From Micrococcales bacterium 31B (GTDB lineage: Bacteria; Actinomycetota; Actinomycetes; Actinomycetales; Dermabacteraceae): a stretch of DNA of 24,000 nt. The position numbers and the translations under genes were made by a program. Position 1 is the first letter of the stretch, and every line of letters starts with the position of its first letter. The stretch is from assembly GCA_022803075.1 (NCBI GenBank), contig JAFFTF010000004.1:164852-188851 (forward strand), written 5' to 3'. Below are positions 1 through 7,797 of this stretch, piece after piece. The notes below the pieces were generated by a model that saw only the letters and a program-made list of their open reading frames with translations, had not been told where the DNA came from and did not search any database.

Positions 1-258
1 GAAGACAATTTGAACCAGGCCGTAGACCTGTACGACGAGGTGCTCCGCACCCGCACCCGCGAGGAACAGCCCCGGGGCCATGCGTACGCTCAGCTCAACC
101 TCGCCAACGCGCTCGCGCATCTGGGCGCATTCGACGCCGCCGAAGAATCGTTGGGCGTGGCGCGCGAAGTGTTCACCGCGCTGAACGACGGGCAGGCCCT
201 CGAATCGCTGCGCGAACTAGAGGCTGGCCTGCGGGAATCCCGCGCGGGGGGTGCGTGA
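1..258 (+). CDS. 3' end of a TPR-like repeat protein (5' truncated by the window edge)
   Basis: The frame is open from nt 1 (EDNLNQ...), so the TTG at 10 is probably not the real start. The helical repeat text 'AYAQLNLANALAHLGAFDAAEESLGVAREVF' is TPR-like. The TGA at 256-258 overlaps the next start (GTGATG). Confidence 0.5.
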   Translation, partial: EDNLNQAVDLYDEVLRTRTREEQPRGHAYAQLNLANALAHLGAFDAAEESLGVAREVFTALNDGQALESLRELEAGLRESRAGGA

Positions 259-677
259 TGGAGGCGCACCTGCGGCAGCAGTTCGACGTGCTCCTCGCGA
301 CGTCCTGCGAGGCGTTCACCGAGCGCATCGTGCAGCGCTGCGCGGGCGGCGAGTCGGCACTGGCGGCACTGCGCTCGAACCCCCAGGGTGAGGGCGTGTG
401 GCTCGATGATTTCGTCGAGGCGGTGTTTCGCGAGAACCTGCTCGACTCGCCCGACGGGGCGCTGTTCGTGCTGGGCGCGTTGGCGCGCAGGCCCGTTCCC
501 TCCGGGTGGCCCGCGGGTTCGCCCTCGGCTGCCACGCAGGCGACCACGCAGGCGACCACGCAGGCTGCCGCGCAGACGGTCGCGAGCACGGTCACCGCCC
601 TCGCGCGGCACGTGTTCGCCGAACTTTTGCAGCAGAAGGTGGTCGAACAGTTGAGCCGCAGTCTCAGTTTCGGCTAA
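255..677 (+). CDS. Hypothetical protein with a TQ-rich repeat, translationally coupled to the upstream gene
   Basis: 140-aa ORF. The start is GTG 255 or ATG 258, either of which overlaps the upstream TGA. High-GC3 coding pattern, same strand as the hyp genes. I recognise no motif. It contains ATQATTQATTQAAAQT. Confidence 0.55.
   Translation: MMEAHLRQQFDVLLATSCEAFTERIVQRCAGGESALAALRSNPQGEGVWLDDFVEAVFRENLLDSPDGALFVLGALARRPVPSGWPAGSPSAATQATTQATTQAAAQTVASTVTALARHVFAELLQQKVVEQLSRSLSFG
531..575 (+). repeat. Codon-phased 12-bp tandem repeat (GCGACCACGCAG-like, about 3.75 copies) encoding (A/T)T(T)Q
   Basis: Direct reading: gccacgcag gcgaccacgcag gcgaccacgcag gctgccgcgcag. Confidence 0.8.
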
Positions 678-740
678 CCGCCGTGCCATCCCGCGCCACC
701 CGAACCGCCCCGCTCTTGAGCCCACTGCAACGAGGTACTG

Positions 741-1730
741 ATGACAGTCACCCAGCCGCCCATCGCGAGCCCCGCCGCGTCGAGCCCCGCCCTGGCACCC
801 CTGAACGCCGCCGACCTGGCCGCGCTGAGCCTCGACCAACTTGGTGAACGACTCGACGACCTGCAGCGTCGCCTGACTCCCGCGGCGCCCGCGCCCGACG
901 GTGCTGAGGCCGTGGCGGCCGCGAGCATCCAGGCGCACCACGAACTGCACCGGCGGGCCCTCACCACCATGGTGAAGGCGCTCAAGGCTGACCCCGCCGC
1001 GAAGGCCGTGCTGTTCGACCTGGTCGACGCCCCCGAGGTGGCCATGGTGTTGCAATTGCACGGCATCGTTCGCCCTAACCCTCTCGTGCAGGTGAACCAG
1101 GCGCTCGAAACCCTCAACGCGCAGCTCGGTCAGCAGGGCGCCGACGTAGCCCTCGTGAGTTTCGACGAGGGCCGCGTGACGCTGCGCTACGGGGGCGGCG
1201 CTGCCAAGGGATGCTCCGCGGCGTCCCTACGCGAGGGGGTCGAAGACGCCCTGCGGGCCGCAGTGCCGAGCGTGCGCGAGATCATCACGGCACCCAACCA
1301 GCCCAGCCCCACCCTGATACCCCTCAGCGCCCTCACCGTGGGGCCGCCGCAGGCCGGCGGCTCGGCACCCCCCGCACAGGCGCCCGCCGACCCCGAGCTC
1401 GCGGCGGGGGGCTGGTTTCAAACACTGCGCGCCAGCACCCTCAGCCCCGACAAGGTGCACCCCATTACCCTGCGCGCGGCAGACGAGACCGACCTCGAAG
1501 TGATCGTCGTGAGCATCGATCAACAGATCAGCGCCTATGTCAACGAGTGCGCGCACCAGGGCCTGCCGCTCGATAACGCGCTCGTTGTCGACGGAGTGCT
1601 CACGTGCAATTGGCACGGCTGGTCGTTCGATGCGTGCAGCGGAGAGTGCATGTCGATGCAGGGGGCCCAGCTCGCGACCCTCGACGTGCGGGTCGTTGAC
1701 GACATGGTGTGGGTCAAGGCGCAGGGCTGA
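741..1730 (+). CDS. NifU-like domain / Rieske [2Fe-2S] fusion protein (hydrogenase-associated Fe-S protein, HucE/HhyE-like)
   Basis: The C-terminus has the Rieske signature C-A-H-x16-C-N-W-H (CAHQGLPLDNALVVDGVLTCNWHGWSF). The middle region is Nfu/NifU-C-like (LVSFDEGRVTLRYGGGAAKGCSAASLREGVEDAL). A P/A-rich linker joins the two. The stop overlaps the hypF start (TGATG). Confidence 0.8.
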   Translation: MTVTQPPIASPAASSPALAPLNAADLAALSLDQLGERLDDLQRRLTPAAPAPDGAEAVAAASIQAHHELHRRALTTMVKALKADPAAKAVLFDLVDAPEVAMVLQLHGIVRPNPLVQVNQALETLNAQLGQQGADVALVSFDEGRVTLRYGGGAAKGCSAASLREGVEDALRAAVPSVREIITAPNQPSPTLIPLSALTVGPPQAGGSAPPAQAPADPELAAGGWFQTLRASTLSPDKVHPITLRAADETDLEVIVVSIDQQISAYVNECAHQGLPLDNALVVDGVLTCNWHGWSFDACSGECMSMQGAQLATLDVRVVDDMVWVKAQG

Positions 1731-4258
1731 TGACGCAAACTACGGTGCACCCCGTCGCTGCCCCGGCCGCGACGGAACTTCGGCGCGCCCGCGTGACCGT
1801 GCGCGGGCTCGTGCAGGGCGTCGGGTACCGGCCCTTTGTCGCGCTGCTGGCCGAGCGCTGCGGCGTGACCGGCTGGTGTGCGAACACCGCGACGAGCGTC
1901 GAGGTTGAGGCGCAGGGCGGGGCGCCCGAGGTCGAGCGGTTCGTCGCGGCCCTACGCGACGGGCACCCCCCACTCGCGGTCGTCTACGGCACCGAGGTGG
2001 GTGCGGCCCCCGTCGTCGTCGACGAAACCGCGTTTACCATCGTGACCTCGGAGGACACCGCCGGGGCCCGCACCCTGATTGGCCCCGACGTCGCCGTGTG
2101 CGGCGACTGCCTGCGCGAGATGGGCGACAGCGCCGACCGCCGCTACCGGCATCCCTTCATCACGTGCACCAACTGCGGCCCCCGCTACACCATCATCGAA
2201 GACTTGCCCTACGATCGCGCGACCACCACGATGCGCGAGTTCCCCCTGTGCTCCGCGTGCCGCAGTGAGTACGAGGACCCTACGAATCGACGCTTCCACG
2301 CGCAGCCCGTGAGCTGCCACGACTGCGGGCCGACCCTTGAACTGGTCACCGCGGCGGGTACTGGCGGGCCGACCCGCGCCGCCGCCCTCGACGGGGCCGC
2401 GCGGCTCGTGCGCGAGGGGGGAATCCTCGCGGTGAAGGGACTCGGGGGGTTCCACCTGGCCGCGCGGGCCGACCTGGACGCCACGGTGGCCCGATTACGC
2501 GAGCGCAAGCGTCGGCCCGCGAAGCCGTTCGCGCTCATGGTCGATTCGCTGGAGACCGCCGCGCGACTCGTGGTGTTATCGGACGCCGCGCGGGCCGCGT
2601 TGGCGGGCCCCGCAGCGCCCATCGTGGTGGCCCCGCGACGGCCCGAACGCTCCGGCCACGCCAACCGCCCCGAGCACCCCAGGGTTTGCGATCTCGTGGC
2701 GCCCGAGTGCGACGAACTCGGCATCATGCTCGCCTACACGCCGCTGCACCACCTGCTGCTGAGCGCTAGCGGGCTGCAGGTGCTGATTATGACGAGTGCG
2801 AATCACGCCGAAGAACCCATCGCGACCACCAATGCTCAGGCGCAGCGGCTGCTCGTCGGGGTGGTCGAGGCCGTGTTGCAGCATGACCGCGAGATCGTCG
2901 CACCCTGCGAAGACACGGTGCTGCTGAGCGATGCGGAGGGCGGTCTCGCCCCACTGCGGCGCTCGCGGGGTCTCGCCCCGCTGCCGGTCGCGCTGCCGGT
3001 CGCGGCCCTCACCGAGCCGGTACGCGAGCCGGTCAGCGAGCCCGTGACCGAGCCGGTCAGCGAGCCGGTCAGTGAGCCGGTGGTGTTCGCGGTCGGCGCC
3101 GAACTGAAGAACACCTTCGCTCTCGCACGCGACGGCTACGCGTTCCTGTCTCCGCACCTCGGCGACATGCACACGCTCGAGGCGCAGGCCGTCCATGCGG
3201 CGCAGGCCGCCCGCGCGCTCGCCGTGCACAACGTGACGCCCCGTCTCGTGGTGAGCGATCTGCACCCCCTGTATTCGACCGGCGGCCTCGCCGAACGCTA
3301 CGCCGACGAGTGGGGAGCCGAGCACGTGCGCGTGCAGCACCACCACGCACACGCGCTGAGCCTCGCCGCCGAACACGACCTGCTCGGTCACCTGCACGCG
3401 GGTGGCGCGCTCGCGGCCCTGACCTTCGACGGCACCGGGTTCGGCTGCGACCGGCAGATCTGGGGCGGCGAACTGCTGCTGTGCACCGGCGAGAGCGCCG
3501 ATCGACTCGGCCACCTCGCGCCGCTCACGCTCGCGGGCGGCGACGCCGCGGTGCGCCACACGGCCAAGCTGGCGCTCGCAGTCACGGAGGAACTCGGCGT
3601 CCCCACCCCACCCGGGGTGACCGCCTACCTGGACGCGCACGGGGGCTGTTCCCTAGCGCGGGGCCAGTTGGCCGCGGGGCTGCAGTGCGTGCGCACCACC
3701 AGCGCGGGGCGCCTGTTCGACGCGGCCGGCAGCGTGCTCAACCTCTGCCACGAGGCCACGTTCGAGGGCCAGGGTGCCATCGCACTCGAGGCGGCCGCGC
3801 GGCGCGCGCTGAGCGGCCGCGATGCGGCGTGGGCGCTCGCGGAGGTCGAGCGTCCGGGCGGAGAGGCGGGCCGGGTGGCAGGTCAGGCGGCACCGGTGTA
3901 CGCGCCCGCGCTGCTGCCCTGGGAGGCCATCATGCGTCATCTCGTGGCAGAGTCGAGCGCCGCCCCGCTCACGGCAGCACTCCAGGGGCGCCTCGCGCTC
4001 TCGTTTCACGTGTGGCTCGGCGAAGCCGCGGCCGATCTCGTGGCGCGCGTTGGGGTCCCCCGCGAGGTCCCCGTGGGGTTGACCGGCGGGGTGTTCGCGA
4101 ACCGAGTACTCACCGCCGTGTGCCGACTGCACTTGCAGCGCCTCGGCTACCGGGTGCTCACGCATCGGGCGGTACCCGCCAACGATGGGGGCCTCGCCCT
4201 CGGTCAAGTCGCGTACGGCGTGCTGCGCCGCACGAGAAAGGAGTCAGCATGTGCTTAG
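1730..4258 (+). CDS. hypF: [NiFe]-hydrogenase maturation carbamoyltransferase HypF
   Basis: Acylphosphatase-like N-terminus (VRGLVQGVGYRPFV). Two Zn-finger pairs (CGDC...CTNCGPRYT; CSAC...CHDCGP). YrdC-like segment (VKGLGGFHLA). Kae1-like C-terminal half (VFAVGAELKNTFALA ... GGVFANRVL). I chose ATG 1730, which overlaps the upstream stop, over GTG 1709. Confidence 0.95.
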   Translation: MTQTTVHPVAAPAATELRRARVTVRGLVQGVGYRPFVALLAERCGVTGWCANTATSVEVEAQGGAPEVERFVAALRDGHPPLAVVYGTEVGAAPVVVDETAFTIVTSEDTAGARTLIGPDVAVCGDCLREMGDSADRRYRHPFITCTNCGPRYTIIEDLPYDRATTTMREFPLCSACRSEYEDPTNRRFHAQPVSCHDCGPTLELVTAAGTGGPTRAAALDGAARLVREGGILAVKGLGGFHLAARADLDATVARLRERKRRPAKPFALMVDSLETAARLVVLSDAARAALAGPAAPIVVAPRRPERSGHANRPEHPRVCDLVAPECDELGIMLAYTPLHHLLLSASGLQVLIMTSANHAEEPIATTNAQAQRLLVGVVEAVLQHDREIVAPCEDTVLLSDAEGGLAPLRRSRGLAPLPVALPVAALTEPVREPVSEPVTEPVSEPVSEPVVFAVGAELKNTFALARDGYAFLSPHLGDMHTLEAQAVHAAQAARALAVHNVTPRLVVSDLHPLYSTGGLAERYADEWGAEHVRVQHHHAHALSLAAEHDLLGHLHAGGALAALTFDGTGFGCDRQIWGGELLLCTGESADRLGHLAPLTLAGGDAAVRHTAKLALAVTEELGVPTPPGVTAYLDAHGGCSLARGQLAAGLQCVRTTSAGRLFDAAGSVLNLCHEATFEGQGAIALEAAARRALSGRDAAWALAEVERPGGEAGRVAGQAAPVYAPALLPWEAIMRHLVAESSAAPLTAALQGRLALSFHVWLGEAAADLVARVGVPREVPVGLTGGVFANRVLTAVCRLHLQRLGYRVLTHRAVPANDGGLALGQVAYGVLRRTRKESACA
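3014..3082 (+). repeat. Codon-phased 12-bp tandem repeat (GAGCCGGTCAGC-like, about 5.75 copies) encoding (EPV[R/S/T])n inside hypF
   Basis: Direct reading: gagccggtacgc gagccggtcagc gagcccgtgacc gagccggtcagc gagccggtcagt gagccggtg. It is preceded by a 2x12-bp duplication, ctgccggtcgcg ctgccggtcgcg (about 2983-3006). Confidence 0.9.
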
Positions 4259-4533
4259 GGGTTCCCGGGAGGATCACCGCGATCACCGAACAGGACGGCA
4301 AGATCATGGCCGAGGCCGATTTCGCGGGCGAGACCCGCGCCATCTGCCTGAACTACCTCCCCGACCTGAGCGTCGGCGACTATACGATCGTGCACGCGGG
4401 CTTCGCACTGACCCACCTCAGCGAGGCGGAGGCCCTCACAACGCTCGAGACGATGCGCGATTTCGGGCTGCTGCCGGAACAGGCCAGCGGGCCACCCGCG
4501 CGTCCGGCCCCCACCCCGGAGGCCGTGGCATGA
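4249..4533 (+). CDS. hypC: Hydrogenase maturation chaperone HypC (copy 1, with a Pro-rich C-terminal tail)
   Basis: N-terminal MCLGVPGRI and VHAGFAL are HypC hallmarks. SD gaaaggag lies at 4236-4243. The gene overlaps the hypF 3' end by 10 nt. The C-terminus reads PEQASGPPARPAPTPEAVA. Confidence 0.9.
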   Translation: MCLGVPGRITAITEQDGKIMAEADFAGETRAICLNYLPDLSVGDYTIVHAGFALTHLSEAEALTTLETMRDFGLLPEQASGPPARPAPTPEAVA

Positions 4534-5231
4534 CCGCGCGAACGCCCACGCGCGTCACCCTGCGCAACTTCGTCGACGACCCCCGCGAGGCCAGCGAACT
4601 GCGAGCCGCCGCCATAAGTTGCGCGCGGGCGCTTGCGGGCGGCGGTCGAGTGTGGGGGTGGTCGCGCAGCCCCGTTCGCCTCGGTGAACCGCTGCTCACC
4701 CTCCGGCTACCGGACGCCCCGTGGCCCGCGCTCGCCCTGGCCCGCGAGACGCTCGCCCCCGGCGACGTGCTCGTGATGCTGGCCCCGGGGGACGACGCGC
4801 TGGCCGCGAACCTGGCCCTGCGCTGCCAGGCGTGGGGCGTGCGGGTCGCGTGGCTCGGGGAGGGCGTACGCGTCGGGAGCGCGCACCAGGTCCTCTCCGG
4901 CGACGACCCGCAGCGACTCGTCGACTCCGTGCTGGAGCGCTACCGGCAATGCTGCGAAAATGCCGAAACCCTCGCGCTCGCCATCGCGGAGAAACCCGAA
5001 ACGGACGTGTGCATCACGTGCAGCGACGAGGGCCGCCTCGCGGAGGTGCTCACTCTCGATTCGGGGCCGCTCGGCCAGGCGCACGTGCGCACGGAGGCGT
5101 CGCTCTCCGAGCCCGTCGACCTCATGCTGACGCCCGAGGCGAGGGTCTTCGACCTGGTCCTCGTGCACGCGGGCCTCGCGATCACGCAGGTTGCCGCCCC
5201 ACCCCTCACCCACCACCAGGAGTCCGAATGA
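4530..5231 (+). CDS. Two-domain hyp accessory protein: degenerate SIS (GmhA-like) N-domain fused to a HypC/HupF-like C-domain
   Basis: ATGA overlaps at both ends (4530-4533 and 5228-5231). The C-terminal 60 aa resemble HypC (CITCSDEGRLAEVL ... DLVLVHAGLAI), but the Cys is internal, within CxxC. The N-domain layout resembles a SIS fold (ALAGGGRVWGW ... GDVLVMLAPGDDALAANLALRCQAWGVRVAWLGEG), but the S-x-S-G type phosphosugar motif is absent. Confidence 0.65.
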   Translation: MTARTPTRVTLRNFVDDPREASELRAAAISCARALAGGGRVWGWSRSPVRLGEPLLTLRLPDAPWPALALARETLAPGDVLVMLAPGDDALAANLALRCQAWGVRVAWLGEGVRVGSAHQVLSGDDPQRLVDSVLERYRQCCENAETLALAIAEKPETDVCITCSDEGRLAEVLTLDSGPLGQAHVRTEASLSEPVDLMLTPEARVFDLVLVHAGLAITQVAAPPLTHHQESE

Positions 5232-6340
5232 CCAGCACCCCGGCCGCTGCCCGCACGAGCAGCAAAGACGTTAGTGAGGCGGGTGTGTTGCAGCGCATTG
5301 AGGCGATGCGTAAGCGCCGCCCCCGGCTGCTCGACACCGTCGTCACGCTCGCGCATGGCGCGGGCGGCAAGAGTTCGGCGGCGCTCGTGGACAACGTGTT
5401 CGCCGACGCGCTCTCGAACCCCTACCTCGACGAGATGGGCGACGCCGCGCGGTTGACGCTGCCGGGTGGCGACACGCTCGCGTTCAGCACCGACTCGTAC
5501 GTCGTGAACCCGCTCGAGTTTCCCGGCGGCAGCATCGGCGACCTCGCCGTGAACGGCACCGTGAACGACCTCGCGGTCTCGGGCGCGATTCCGCAGTACC
5601 TCAGCGCGGGCTTCGTGCTCGAAGAGGGTTTTAGCATCGAGCGGCTGCGGGCGATCGTCGCCGACATGCGGGCCGCGGCCGCGCGCGCCGGGGTACACAT
5701 TGTCACGGGCGACACGAAGGTGGTGCCGCGCGGCGCCGCGGACGGCCTGTACATCAACACGAGCGGCATTGGCGTGGTCCCCGCCGGACGCACGCTGGGT
5801 GCGGGTCTCGTGCAGCCGGGCGACGTGCTGGTGCTGAGCGGCACCCTCGCCGACCATGGCATGGCCGTCATGCTGGCTCGGGGCGACCTCGCGCTGGAGG
5901 CCGACCTGCACAGCGACACGGCGCCCGTGAATGCCCTGGTGGAGGCCCTGCTCGCGGCGGCCCCCGGCACGCGCTGGATGCGCGACGCGACGCGCGGCGG
6001 GCTCGGCACCGTGTGCAATGAATTGGCGCAGGCGACGGGTCTCGGGGTGATCCTCGACGAGGCGTCCCTGCCCGTATTGCCGCACGTGCTCGGAGCGTGC
6101 GACATGCTCGGCATCGACCCCCTCTACGTCGCGAACGAGGGCAAGTTCATGGCGGTGGTTCCCGCAGACGAGGCGGACGCCGCGGTGGCCGCGTTGCGGG
6201 GTCAGCCCGGCGGCGAGCGGGCCACGATAGCGGGCGGCATCGTCGCCGAACCGGAGGGCATCTGCGCGCTGCGCACGTCGTTCGGGGGCACGCGCATCGT
6301 TGACATGCTGGTGGGCGACCCCCTGCCGCGGATTTGCTGA
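5228..6340 (+). CDS. hypE: Hydrogenase maturation protein HypE (thiocarbamate dehydratase)
   Basis: AIR-synthase-like fold text (TLAHGAGGKSS; GDLAVNGTVNDLAVSGA). Diagnostic C-terminus ...GDPLPRIC. Confidence 0.95.
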   Translation: MTSTPAAARTSSKDVSEAGVLQRIEAMRKRRPRLLDTVVTLAHGAGGKSSAALVDNVFADALSNPYLDEMGDAARLTLPGGDTLAFSTDSYVVNPLEFPGGSIGDLAVNGTVNDLAVSGAIPQYLSAGFVLEEGFSIERLRAIVADMRAAAARAGVHIVTGDTKVVPRGAADGLYINTSGIGVVPAGRTLGAGLVQPGDVLVLSGTLADHGMAVMLARGDLALEADLHSDTAPVNALVEALLAAAPGTRWMRDATRGGLGTVCNELAQATGLGVILDEASLPVLPHVLGACDMLGIDPLYVANEGKFMAVVPADEADAAVAALRGQPGGERATIAGGIVAEPEGICALRTSFGGTRIVDMLVGDPLPRIC

Positions 6341-6377
6341 AAACACCACGAACAAAAACGCGAGATAGGAGGCCACC

Positions 6378-6650
6378 ATGTGCCTGGGGATTCCCGGTGA
6401 GGTAGTAGAGATCGTCGATGCGGCGGAGCATTTGGCGAAGATTGACGTGAGCGGCGTGCAGCGCACCATCAGCGTGCGCCTGCTGGCCGACGATAACGTG
6501 CAGGCGGGCGACTGGGTGCTCGTTCACGTGGGGTTTGCCATGTCAAAGATTGATGCGACGGAGGCGGCCCTCACGCTCGAGCAAATTAAGCACATGGGCC
6601 AGGAGTACACGGACGAGCTGGAATCCTTTAAATCCAGCGTGATTCTTTGA
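6378..6650 (+). CDS. hypC: Hydrogenase maturation chaperone HypC (copy 2)
   Basis: MCLGIPGEVVEI ... GDWVLVHVGFAM. Strong SD taggagg lies about 6 nt upstream. The gene sits in the lower-GC segment together with hypD. Confidence 0.9.
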   Translation: MCLGIPGEVVEIVDAAEHLAKIDVSGVQRTISVRLLADDNVQAGDWVLVHVGFAMSKIDATEAALTLEQIKHMGQEYTDELESFKSSVIL

Positions 6651-6659
6651 GAGGCCGAG

Positions 6660-7784
6660 ATGAAATACGTTGACGAATTTCGCGACCCCGCCGCGGCGCG
6701 CGCGCTCGTGAAGGCGATTCACGACATCGTGGGGGAGCGGCATTACAAGTTCATGGAGGTGTGCGGCGGCCACACGCACACCATTTACCGCCACGGCATT
6801 GAACACTTGCTGCCCGAGAACGTCGAGTTGATTCACGGCCCGGGCTGCCCCGTGTGCGTGATTCCGATGGGCCGCAACGACGATGCCGTGTGGCTCGCCA
6901 ATCAGCCGAACGTCATTTTTACGACGTTCGGAGACATGATGCGCGTGCCCGGCACGAACGGTTCGCTGCTGGAGGCAAAGGCCAAGGGCTCCGACGTGCG
7001 GTTCGTGTATTCTCCGCTGGATGCGCTGAAAATCGCGGTCGACAATCCCACTCGCGAGGTGGTGTTTTTTGCGGTGGGCTTTGAAACGACGGCGCCCTCT
7101 ACTGCGGTAACGCTGGTGCGGGCGCGCGACCTCGGGGTAAAGAACTTTTCTATCTTTTGCAATCACGTCACCATCGAGCCGCCGCTGCGGGCGATCTTGG
7201 ATTCGGACGATCTCATTCTCGACGGGTTCATCGGGCCGGGGCACGTCTCCACCGTGGTGGGCACCTCCATCTACGACTTTATTCCCGCCGAATACAAGAT
7301 TCCCCTCGTCGTGACGGGCTTTGAGCCGCTCGACATTCTGCAGTCCATTTACATGCTGTTGCAGCAGTACAACGAGAGTCGCTGCACGGTTGAAAACCAA
7401 TATTCTCGGGTGGTGCGCCCCGAGGGTAATGTGCAGGCGCTCGCGCTCATGGAGCGCACGTTTACGCGCAGGCCCACGTTCGAGTGGCGCGGCCTCGGGC
7501 ATATTCCGGAGTCGGCCCTCGGCATTAGCGAAGAGTTCGCCGACCTGGATGCCGAACGCCGCTTCAACATGCCGGGGGTGCGGGTCGAGGACAACAAACT
7601 GTGCGAGTGTGGGAGCGTTCTGAAGGGCGTCATCAAGCCGTGGGAATGCAAGGTGTTTGGCACGGCGTGTACGCCCGAAACGCCCATCGGCACGTGCATG
7701 GTGTCGCCCGAAGGAGCCTGCGCGGCCTACTACAACTTCGGCCGCCTGCATCGCTCGACCGCGCAGTTGGTGGGTCAGGGGTAA
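6660..7784 (+). CDS. hypD: Hydrogenase maturation Fe-S protein HypD
   Basis: MKYVDEFRD...; CGGHTH; GPGCPVCV; FAVGFETT; C-terminal Cys cluster (CECGSVLKG ... CKVFGTACTPETPIGTCMVSPEGACAAYY). Confidence 0.95.
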   Translation: MKYVDEFRDPAAARALVKAIHDIVGERHYKFMEVCGGHTHTIYRHGIEHLLPENVELIHGPGCPVCVIPMGRNDDAVWLANQPNVIFTTFGDMMRVPGTNGSLLEAKAKGSDVRFVYSPLDALKIAVDNPTREVVFFAVGFETTAPSTAVTLVRARDLGVKNFSIFCNHVTIEPPLRAILDSDDLILDGFIGPGHVSTVVGTSIYDFIPAEYKIPLVVTGFEPLDILQSIYMLLQQYNESRCTVENQYSRVVRPEGNVQALALMERTFTRRPTFEWRGLGHIPESALGISEEFADLDAERRFNMPGVRVEDNKLCECGSVLKGVIKPWECKVFGTACTPETPIGTCMVSPEGACAAYYNFGRLHRSTAQLVGQG

Positions 7785-7797
7785 CGGAGGGCATGCC

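Noticed and set aside
90-1061. Long antisense or out-of-frame ORFs throughout the track. Examples: 90-1061(-), 2576-3640(-), 3310-4248(+), 4721-5227(+), 4940-6469(-), 6543-7913(-), 8756-10714(+), 14524-15840(+), 15053-16015(-), 18312-19346(+).
   Set aside because: Their translations are Arg/Pro/Gly/Ala-rich with no motifs, which is typical of stop-poor alternative frames in about 70% GC DNA. Each one overlaps a gene on the other strand or frame that has clear family signatures.
1709-1729. GTG 1709 as the hypF start, and 15861 as the transglutaminase start (the longest-ORF choices in the track).
   Set aside because: Internal ATGs at 1730 and 15795 give the stop/start overlaps (TGATG, ATGA) seen at other coupled junctions in this window. 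The extra N-terminal residues lie inside the preceding genes.
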